A stretch of 64,000 nt of DNA from a bacterium (GTDB lineage: Bacteria > Zhuqueibacterota > Zhuqueibacteria > Residuimicrobiales > Krinioviventaceae), in assembly GCA_963693055.1 (NCBI GenBank), contig OY843751.1:1664001-1728000 (forward strand). Reading direction: 5' to 3'. A model generated the notes under the pieces. The model searched no databases, was not told the origin of the DNA, and saw only the letters and a program-made list of their open reading frames with translations. The translations under genes and the position numbers were made by a program. Positions within the stretch are counted from its first letter, which is position 1. Each line of letters begins with the position of its first letter. Of the stretch, positions 56,013 through 64,000 are shown piece by piece.

Positions 56013-59000
56013 TTATACCCTTTCCGTATAGAATGTATCCTTGTATCGTATCACACATTTTACTCCATTTTCAGATTCAAATTTTATATTGCCTTTTAAT
56101 TGGTTTTCAACAAGAACAAGAATAATCCGTAATCCTAAATGGCTATCAATATCAAGATCAAAGTTTTTTGGGAAACCGATTCCGTTATCCGAAACACATA
56201 GCTCAATTTCTTCTTCTTTTTTGGCTAGATGGATGTGAATAGTTCCTTCTCTTTTATCCGGGAATGCATGCTTTAGAGAATTTGATATTAACTCATTCAG
56301 TACCAGGCCACAAGGGATTGCGGTATCAATTAAAACAGATACACTTTCTAAATCAAAGTCGACAGTAATTCTGTTGGAATTTAAATCAAAACTATCAAAC
56401 AGAATGTTACCCAGATCAGTTATATAATCTTTCAAGTCTATCCGTGAAAGATTAAAAGATTTATATAATTTTTCATGTACTAATGCCATTGAGTGTATGC
56501 GATTTTCCATTTCTTTAAATATTGACAATACTTCTTTATTGGTGGTGTTATGGGCTTCCATGTTAAGTAGGGATATAATTACATGCATATTGTTTTTTGT
56601 ACGATGATAGAGTTCTCTTAATAGCGTTTCCTTTTCCACCAGGGTCCGTTTAATTTGTTCTTCTGCTTGTTTTTGTTCAGTAATGTCAAGTATCACACCT
56701 GTTACTTTTAGTGGATGGCCTGATTCGTCTCTCTCTATATCTGCCTTTGATAATATCGTTTTTCTGGTTTTTGTATTATATGTAAGAATATCAAATTCTA
56801 AATTATATTCTTTATCATTTTCAATGAGATCAACCAATGCCTGGTGCACTCTATCTCTTTCCGGAATGCAACCCTCAACTTTTTCTGTTGAAAAAGAATC
56901 AATATCCTTTTCAAAACCGTAAATTTTTTTCGCTTCGTCCGATCCCCAGAATTGTGTTGTCTGTATATTATATTCCCAGCTACCCACATGCCCAATTGCC
57001 TGGGCTTTTTCATAACGCTTCTCGCTCCCAATTAGAGCATCTTCCATCCGTTTGAGGTCAGTAATATCAGTAAAAGTTACAATAACCTGAGTAATATTTT
57101 TCTCATTATCAAAAACTGGATCCGCATTAACCAGGAGCCATATATCATTATCTCTGGCAGGACGATGCACACCTACTATCAAGTTTCTTACAGGTTGGAG
57201 AGTTGTAATGACCTGATTAACCGGATATTCTTCAAGTGACAATTTTGTTCCATCTTTGAGGAAAATGTACCATGAAGGATCAATGGCTTTTTTCCTCAGT
57301 ATCTGGTCTTCTGTTAATCCTAGTAATTCCTGTGCTTTTTGATTAGCTATCAATATTTGAGTATCCGCTCCATGTACAACCACCGCCGTTTGTATTTTCT
57401 GAATCAATTCCCGGAATTTTTCTTCACTTTTTTTAAGCTCATTTTCCGCTTGTAACCGTTCTTTTTCCTGTTGATCTCTTTGCAATCTTGCATTCAAAAT
57501 GGGTGAGATGTAATTGGTAATACTCTCCAAAATTTCTTTGTCTTGTTCAGTATAACCGTTTTCATTATTAGCAACTGAAATTAAACCAATGGATTTATGT
57601 GAATAGACTATCGGTACAGATAGAAAATGTTTGATTGTAACATGTCCAGTTGGTGTATTAAAGGGGCCATCGGAATACAGTGCTTTTTTTTCTCTGATCG
57701 ATCTTCCCCATAGGGTGTTTCCCCATGTATGCTGTGGGAAAATAATAGACTTGTCCGAAACCTGGCATTCTTCCCAAATTTCCCGTGTCATGCTTGGAAT
57801 AACCAGGTCACCATTTTTCTCAATAAATCCAAATACGCCGTAATGGCTTTTCATCACTTGAAGTACTATCTCTAAAACTTTACTATACATCTCTTCATCG
57901 GTAAGAGAAAGAAAAATATTTGAAATTTGGTTCTGGATTGATTTGCGTTGTTCCGATTCTATGAGTTTCTCCTCTACCTGTTTTTGATCGGTAATGTCAA
58001 TTCGGACACCTGTTAATCGGAGCGGCTTTCCCTCTTTATCTTTTTCAACAGTACTACCAATTACACTATGCCATCGGTACGAGCCATCAGCGTGTTTCAT
58101 TCTGGTTTCATAACGATAATCACTGGCAGCACCGCTCAATACATCTTTAATTTTTGTTACTACACATTCTCTATCATCAGGATGAATCCTGGTTACCCAC
58201 AAGTCCCGATCAGAAAACCCTGCTACAGGTTCATATCCAAGCATTGTATAATATGTAGGTGTTGTGTACCAGATATCATCTTTTAAAAGCCAGTTCCAGA
58301 TACCAATTTTTGTGACTTCTGTTGCAACGCGTAACCGTTCTTCGCTTTCTCTAAGCGCTTTCTCTGCCTGTTTACGTTTAGTGATATCCTCTATTGTTCC
58401 TACCGAACGAACAGGTTTGTCATTTTCATAAATGGTTTCGCATTTCTCATGTACAAACTTGATTCTTCCTTCCCCAAAATCAAGGCGGTGTTCAATAGAA
58501 TATGGAATTCGGGTTTTGAGTGAGTTGGTAAAGGCCCATTTGACTGCTTTGCGGTCATCCGGGTGGATAGCATCAAGTATTATTTTATAGGTTATATCAA
58601 GTTTTTCAGGATCGATCTCAAAAATACGATAGGATTCATCTGACAATGTAATGGTATTTGTTTCCAATTCCAGTTCCCAGCTTCCAATGTGGGCCATTCG
58701 CTGTGCTTCGTTGAGACGCATGGCTGTATATCTGAGTTTATCTTCTATCCGTTTCTGTTCAGTTACATTGTGTTCCAGTACAGTTACTCCGATTATTTCA
58801 CCCGTTTCAGTTTTGATAGGATAATGATATACCTGGAAATAGTGTTGTGTATTGGACTCTTTTTCTGAATATGATTTATCAACCCGTTGTTCCCCGGCCA
58901 AGACACGGTCCAGGTTTTTCCTGATTATTTCGCGATTTTTTTGCAATGGAATATACTCTAACATGCTATTACCGATTTCGATTTTTGCATTATAATTGGT

Positions 59001-59351
59001 TTGCATATACATTGCATGTGAGTGGTTAAAATTGATGTATCGATATTGCCGGTCTACTGAATAGACTTTGGTATTGCTACAGTCAAGAATATTGTATAAT
59101 GCGGTTATCTGGCAATTCAGTGTTTTATCAAATTGTTTATTTTCATTAGTCTCTTTTTTTAAATTACCCGAATACATGATAACTTTGTTTTTTAAAGTAA
59201 ACCATAGCAATAATGCTATTCCTGACAAAACTAACAATATCAATATTATTTGAAAATTGTTTATAAGATTGGTATAGAAGACTATCCCCTCAGTATCTAC
59301 TGTTTTAGACTTTATTTGATGAATCAGGTTGTACAGTGTTGAGATTTTCAT
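56013..59351 (-). CDS. TM-PASx3-GAF-PASx2-HisKA_2-HATPase histidine kinase
   Basis: AHIGSWE, IGIWNW PAS_3 units; FLSVPI...GLISVAN GAF; ELYHRTKNN; NELISNSLKHAF. Confidence 0.9.
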   Translation of the reverse strand: MKISTLYNLIHQIKSKTVDTEGIVFYTNLINNFQIILILLVLSGIALLLWFTLKNKVIMYSGNLKKETNENKQFDKTLNCQITALYNILDCSNTKVYSVDRQYRYINFNHSHAMYMQTNYNAKIEIGNSMLEYIPLQKNREIIRKNLDRVLAGEQRVDKSYSEKESNTQHYFQVYHYPIKTETGEIIGVTVLEHNVTEQKRIEDKLRYTAMRLNEAQRMAHIGSWELELETNTITLSDESYRIFEIDPEKLDITYKIILDAIHPDDRKAVKWAFTNSLKTRIPYSIEHRLDFGEGRIKFVHEKCETIYENDKPVRSVGTIEDITKRKQAEKALRESEERLRVATEVTKIGIWNWLLKDDIWYTTPTYYTMLGYEPVAGFSDRDLWVTRIHPDDRECVVTKIKDVLSGAASDYRYETRMKHADGSYRWHSVIGSTVEKDKEGKPLRLTGVRIDITDQKQVEEKLIESEQRKSIQNQISNIFLSLTDEEMYSKVLEIVLQVMKSHYGVFGFIEKNGDLVIPSMTREIWEECQVSDKSIIFPQHTWGNTLWGRSIREKKALYSDGPFNTPTGHVTIKHFLSVPIVYSHKSIGLISVANNENGYTEQDKEILESITNYISPILNARLQRDQQEKERLQAENELKKSEEKFRELIQKIQTAVVVHGADTQILIANQKAQELLGLTEDQILRKKAIDPSWYIFLKDGTKLSLEEYPVNQVITTLQPVRNLIVGVHRPARDNDIWLLVNADPVFDNEKNITQVIVTFTDITDLKRMEDALIGSEKRYEKAQAIGHVGSWEYNIQTTQFWGSDEAKKIYGFEKDIDSFSTEKVEGCIPERDRVHQALVDLIENDKEYNLEFDILTYNTKTRKTILSKADIERDESGHPLKVTGVILDITEQKQAEEQIKRTLVEKETLLRELYHRTKNNMHVIISLLNMEAHNTTNKEVLSIFKEMENRIHSMALVHEKLYKSFNLSRIDLKDYITDLGNILFDSFDLNSNRITVDFDLESVSVLIDTAIPCGLVLNELISNSLKHAFPDKREGTIHIHLAKKEEEIELCVSDNGIGFPKNFDLDIDSHLGLRIILVLVENQLKGNIKFESENGVKCVIRYKDTFYTERV

Positions 59352-59574
59352 AATGCACTGTCCTATTTTTTCTCGTCTAAAGTAATAGATTACTTTTCTT
59401 CATAACAAAAAGCGTTAATAGTTGATTCAATTGCAATTGTTGATTTTTTAAATTAGTTGATTGAAATATTCAAGTTATTCATCCTATATGGAGATTACTA
59501 CGGTGCTTTAAGAAAGGTATATATATAAAATTAATGTATAATTTGATAAACTTGCAAGATAATAATTAAAAAAA

Positions 59575-60318
59575 TCATCCATCTACCAACTTTCTGATCC
59601 TTTTCAGCATATTCTCATAATGTGAGCCGTGCCAGTAGACGTTGCCGCAACCAGTGCATTGGTGAAATTCGTTGAAATATTGTTCGGTTTTGGGAGGGAT
59701 GCGATCATGGATTTCGTGCTTGTCTACCGGTTCAAGCAGGCCGTTGCATTCAATACAGCGGCTGAACGGATTTGCCTGTCCCCGTAGGTCCAAACGATCC
59801 AGGATTTCTTTTAGCTGTTGTTCCGGTTCGGTATGATGCAGGTACGCGCCATGAGTGACGCGACTGTTTTTTAGTATACCACGGTCCCGTGTGAGTATGA
59901 TACGGTGCTCTTTGCGTGCAATATCAATAATCTCATCATCTTCGTAATCATTGCGGTAGAGGGTGTCGAATCCGGCCATGCGTAAAAGTCGGGACAGCTT
60001 GCCGAGATGTACATCCAGAATGAATCTGGATTCCCGCAATGGTTTGGATCGTAAGCGGACGAGTGGGGAGATGTCCATACTTTCAAATACAGGATAGACC
60101 GCGATCCGGTCATTGTGCCGGAGTTTATATTCAAATCCCACCGAGACACTGTTCGCGAGAATGATTTCTACCTCGGTATGGGGTACACCGCAGGCTTCAA
60201 TGGCATCCTTGATTCCCGGATTGCCATTAAAGGTGTATGTGAATATGGTTTTGCGTTGCACCGGCGGCAGGAAATCGTTCAGTTCTTCGTAAAATCGAAA
60301 TTCGGCTGTATTGGACAT
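59575..60318 (-). CDS. Ub-Mut7C + Mut7-C RNase (PIN-like) with Zn ribbon
   Basis: FRFYEELNDFL...GVPHTEV...VYP ubiquitin-like domain; DVHLGKL..LRMAGFD, ILTRD; CIEC...CTGC..VYWHGSH. Confidence 0.9.
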   Translation of the reverse strand: MSNTAEFRFYEELNDFLPPVQRKTIFTYTFNGNPGIKDAIEACGVPHTEVEIILANSVSVGFEYKLRHNDRIAVYPVFESMDISPLVRLRSKPLRESRFILDVHLGKLSRLLRMAGFDTLYRNDYEDDEIIDIARKEHRIILTRDRGILKNSRVTHGAYLHHTEPEQQLKEILDRLDLRGQANPFSRCIECNGLLEPVDKHEIHDRIPPKTEQYFNEFHQCTGCGNVYWHGSHYENMLKRIRKLVDG

Positions 60319-60332
60319 GATTATCGTTAGCG

Positions 60333-61712
60333 TTATGATTTAACCAGTTCGAATTTTGCCGTAAAATGACGCAGGAACGGAGCCTGCTCGGTTATTTTTA
60401 CTCCACGTATATTTTCTTTGGTGTCATTAACCTCCAGAATAGATTCCACAACATAATCGATATGGCTTTGGGTATATACCCGACGCGGAATAGCGAGCCG
60501 CACCAGCTCCATAGGGGCGGGGAGTTCTGCTCCGGTTACCGGATCTTTGCGCGCAAACATGACTGAACCGATCTCGACCGTACGAATTCCCGCGGCAAGA
60601 TACAACTCGATAGACAGTGCTTGTCCCGGATACTGCTCTACAGGTATGTGCGGTAGCATGGTTTTGGCATCGATATAGATTGCGTGTCCACCCGGTGGTT
60701 GTACAATGGGCACGCCGTAATCCGAGATATGCCTGCCCAGATACTGGGTGGAGGCAATACGATAGCGAAGGTAATCCTCATTCAGAATCTCTTTGAGCCC
60801 TATGGCTATGGCTTCCAGGTCACGGCCCGCGAGTCCGCCATAGGTTGGAAATCCCTCGGTGAGGATGAGCAAGTCGCTTTCCTGGCGAGCCAGGTTATCG
60901 TCGTTAGTGCAAAGGAAACCACCTATGTTCACCAGCGCATCTTTTTTAGCGGACATGGTACAGCCGTCCGCATACGAGAACATTTCGTGCACAATCTCTT
61001 TGATGGTTTTGTTGGCGTATCCTGCTTCACGTTTTTTGATAAACCAGGCATTCTCGGCAAAGCGGCAGGCGTCGAAATAAAAAGGGATTTTATGTTTGTG
61101 TGCAATGGCTGCCACAGAGCGTATGTTGGCCATTGATACGGGTTGTCCGCCACCGGAATTGTTAGTGATGGTGAGCATGATGAGCGGAACGCGATCTACG
61201 CCCACCTCGTTGATGGTTTTGAGCAGTGCATCGGTATCCATATCGCCTTTAAAGGGCAGAGGATTTGCAGGATCGAGCGCTTCGGGTTTGAGTAAATCGC
61301 GGGCCTCGGCGCCTTGAAATTCAACATTGGCGCGGGTGGTGTCGAAATGGGTATTGTTGGGCACCACATCGCCTTTTTTACACAGGATAGAAAAGAGGAT
61401 GCGCTCAGCCGCGCGGCCCTGGTGAGTGGGAATGACATGGTCGAATCCGAATATATCCTGCACCGTCTCTTGCATGTGGTACCAGCTTTTACTGCAGGCA
61501 TATGCTTCGTCTCCGCGCATAATACCCGCCCACTGCTCTGAGCTCATGGCGGACGTGCCACTGTCGGTGAGCAGGTCAATCAATACATCGTCACTATTGA
61601 TCTGGAACAGATTATAGCCTGCTTTTTTCAGGATTTTTTCGCGCTCTTTGCGGGTGGTCATGCGGATAGGTTCAACGGATTTGATTTTAAACGGTTCTAT
61701 GATAACGGTCAT
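60333..61712 (-). CDS. tnaA: Tryptophanase (PLP beta-eliminating lyase)
   Basis: IDLLTDSGT, HQGRAAE, MSAKKD PLP Lys; LRHFTA (His as in tryptophanase, vs LRFFTA in tyrosine phenol-lyase). Confidence 0.88.
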   Translation of the reverse strand: MTVIIEPFKIKSVEPIRMTTRKEREKILKKAGYNLFQINSDDVLIDLLTDSGTSAMSSEQWAGIMRGDEAYACSKSWYHMQETVQDIFGFDHVIPTHQGRAAERILFSILCKKGDVVPNNTHFDTTRANVEFQGAEARDLLKPEALDPANPLPFKGDMDTDALLKTINEVGVDRVPLIMLTITNNSGGGQPVSMANIRSVAAIAHKHKIPFYFDACRFAENAWFIKKREAGYANKTIKEIVHEMFSYADGCTMSAKKDALVNIGGFLCTNDDNLARQESDLLILTEGFPTYGGLAGRDLEAIAIGLKEILNEDYLRYRIASTQYLGRHISDYGVPIVQPPGGHAIYIDAKTMLPHIPVEQYPGQALSIELYLAAGIRTVEIGSVMFARKDPVTGAELPAPMELVRLAIPRRVYTQSHIDYVVESILEVNDTKENIRGVKITEQAPFLRHFTAKFELVKS

Positions 61713-61797
61713 ATCCTACTCCTGTGGCTGAATGATTGGCTTTACTGAAAGGAGTAAAATTTTGAGCAGAGAGTCAAGGAAAAAAAGAGGCTAGTTG

Positions 61798-61825
61798 TCA
61801 GTAATCAGTATTCAGTAGTCAGATA
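61798..61825. repeat. Heptamer tandem repeat (TCAGTAN)x4
   Basis: TCAGTAA TCAGTAT TCAGTAG TCAGATA. Confidence 0.6.
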
Positions 61826-61971
61826 TTGGATAAATGATTTGGGGATATATTGATAAAGTGATTGATTTGATGGATTTTTTTGTTAAGTTGGAATATTGCT
61901 ATATTCAGGTATGAGGACAAGAACCTCCAGATTATTACATCGGTTTTTATTGTGAAAATTGTGGATTAATT

Positions 61972-62307
61972 ATGAAATACAATCATATCGGCATTCCGAC
62001 AAGTGAGCGTTTTGAAGATGAAATTGAAATTCCACATTTGAAAATTACAGTAAGCGATCACAAAAACAATCCATTCGGAATACAATGGATGCGTTACCGG
62101 GACGATGCTCCGTATCCGGATGTCGTTAAATCCATTCCCCATGTGGCATTTGAAGTCGATGATCTTGATATTGCTTTAAAAGATCAGGAAATTATTATAT
62201 CACCCAATAGTCCCACACCCGGGGTTATTGTCGCTATGATTTTGGTAAATGGTGCACCTGTAGAGTTGATGCAAATAAACAGAGCTGTTTACAGGGATGA
62301 AATTTAA
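61972..62307 (+). CDS. VOC/glyoxalase-like small protein
   Basis: YNHIGIPT...PHVAFEVDDL...GAPVELM. Confidence 0.75.
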   Translation: MKYNHIGIPTSERFEDEIEIPHLKITVSDHKNNPFGIQWMRYRDDAPYPDVVKSIPHVAFEVDDLDIALKDQEIIISPNSPTPGVIVAMILVNGAPVELMQINRAVYRDEI

Positions 62308-62352
62308 TGATGGAAATAAACTTGTAACCGATGTGAATTATAATAGTGAGTA

Positions 62353-62378
62353 AACCCCGGATGAGATGTCCGGGATTT
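62353..62378. terminator. Hairpin between convergent genes
   Basis: AAACCCCGGA...TCCGGGATTT. Confidence 0.45.
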
Positions 62379-62389
62379 ATATAAAACAA

Positions 62390-63844
62390 TTATTTCATTT
62401 CTGCCCGTAAAACATAGCCATATTCTGAAATGCGTTTTGCCGGGAATTGGATAGTAAGACCGTCTTTTGTCTGTTGCCAATCTATTTTTTGCTCACTTCC
62501 AAGCATGGAAATATTTTTAATTTCAGGAGCATAATCCATTTGATCAGATAGGGATTTGATGGTTACTGTACCATCATCCGGGCAGACCAGGGCCATAATG
62601 TACAAGTTGTTGTCTTTTTGGGTAAACCAGAAATCCTGTTCCTGAAAATCTGACCTGAATCCATCACGTTTACGTTGAGTCGTACTTTTTATTTCAATTT
62701 TTGTGGGACCTTCATGTGTTACATGCTAGGAATGTCTTCCATAAATGGCTTCGCTGTTGATGGACATCCATTTGCCAATTTCGTGCAACTGGTCGATACT
62801 TTCCTGGGGTATGGAACCATCACCTTTGGGACCAATATTGAGCCAATAATTCCCGCCCTTTCTGGCAATAGCCATAATCCAGTAAATCAATTCTTTGGTG
62901 GACTTCCAATCCACATCATAACTTTTATATCCCCAGATATTGTTCAGGGTACCGGGAGCTTCCCAGTACACGTCACCGCCTTCTCTGTTATCCGGGATTT
63001 TATTGTCACCGGTGACCCAATAATCGCCCCAATCATTACCTACTAGGTTGTTGACAAGGCAGTTGGGTTGAATATCGTAAATCAGTTTGTAAAATTCAAA
63101 ACTCTGTTCTTGTGTCATATGATTCGCCATATCGTACCAAATCTCGATGAGGTTAGGAAGCGTATTTAACAGTTCTACCATTTGCGGTTTGGATTTGACC
63201 TCGAGATATTCCTCGAAAGAAACCGGAGAGGGGTCCCACATGTTTGCAGGCCAGTCTGCCTATTTGCTCGTATCGTCCGGATTTTCCTTTAAATAATTGA
63301 GCACACCCGCATTGCCGCCATCCATCTAATCGGTAGAATGTGAATAATAAATACCAAAGCGCAGTCCTTGTTTTTCACATTCCTGTGAGAGGGCTTTGAT
63401 AGGATCGATGTCAAAGGGGGTACTGTCAATAATATCGTAATCCGTTACTTTTGAATCGTACATTGCAAATCCATCATGGTGCTTGGGCATTGCTATTTCA
63501 TATCGCATACCTGCGTCTTTTGCCAGTTTGACCCAGGCTTTTGCATCAAATTTAACCGGATTGAACTGGCTGCATAATTGTTTGTACTCGTCCCTGGGTA
63601 TTTACGCGTGGTAAAATATCCATTCACCCAATCCCGGGATCTTTTCTCCCTGCCAAATACTGGCAGGCATGGAATAGACACCCCAGTGACTAAACATGCT
63701 AAATTTATAATCATTAAATTGTTCCAGTGCCTGGCTTTTTGTATCGTGCATTGCCTGCCAATCCTGCAATAAAGAATCATCGGCATAAACAAAAGTGCAT
63801 ACAAGAAAGAGTACAAGTATTGCAAATCTTTTAATCATCAACAT
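62390..63844 (-). pseudogene. Alpha-L-fucosidase (GH29) pseudogene; single frame with four in-frame stops
   Basis: HWG, PKHHDGF, IWYDM, LNIGP motifs all in one frame; stops TAA 63602-04, TAG 63326-28, TAG 63260-62, TAG 62726-28. Confidence 0.88.
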
Positions 63845-64000
63845 GTCTCCTGTAGAAGCGTTTGGTGTTCAAACTTTAAGTTGTGCTATTAATTTTATAA
63901 ATATTTTCATTCTAATATAAATATATAATTGAAAATATTAAAATTTATTTGTTTTTACAATAAAGTTTACTATTTTTATTAGTATAGGAACCATTATTTA

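Noticed and set aside
60333-61712. Tyrosine phenol-lyase assignment
   Set aside because: The C-terminal motif is LRHFTA (tryptophanase-type His) rather than LRFFTA
61713-61971. tnaC-like leader peptide or attenuator upstream of tnaA
   Set aside because: No short Trp-containing ORF with an SD recognised on the minus strand
62390-63844. Stop-codon recoding (TAG read-through, pyrrolysine or an alternative code) to explain in-frame stops
   Set aside because: The stops are mixed (TAA and TAG here, TGA in other pseudogenes). TAG ends intact genes such as rhaM (10065) and 21940-22260. TGG is used for Trp in the same gene, and conserved motifs also carry missense damage.
1-64000. CRISPR arrays, tRNA/rRNA genes, IS elements, integrases, prophage or defence genes
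   Set aside because: No regularly spaced direct repeats, cloverleaf or rRNA-like segments, or matching protein motifs seen by eye; intergenic spaces are short. A covariance-model search was not possible.

Overview
AT-rich bacterial chromosomal segment with about 50 protein genes. It probably comes from an FCB-group organism of the KSB1/Calditrichota type; this is an inference from the YPNPFN-type C-terminal sorting domain, the many lipoproteins, dispersed CAZymes without SusC/D, and HisKA_2 kinases. Recognisable genes include pepF, rhaM, purU, trmB, glpQ, nfo and tnaA, GH28/GH29/GH33 hydrolases, a Tat sulfatase and a sialic-acid operon (GntR, NanM-SSS fusion, nanA, sialidase). There is also an ECF sigma/anti-sigma pair and four multi-domain histidine kinases. 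I found no rRNA, tRNA, CRISPR array, transposase or integrase. Most notable observations: (1) back-to-back TGCAAC-N16-nGTCT ECF promoters, one apparently giving a leaderless sigma mRNA; (2) a 1236-aa secreted protein with five copies of a ~162-aa domain I do not recognise; (3) tandem lipoproteins sharing a 141-nt near-identical 5' cassette with divergent bodies; (4) an M48 protease-pseudopilin (GspG-like) fusion; (5) a perfect 14-bp operator palindrome before the sialic-acid operon; (6) several true pseudogenes, including a fucosidase with four nonsense codons and no frameshift. All family calls come from motif recognition by eye, without database searches.
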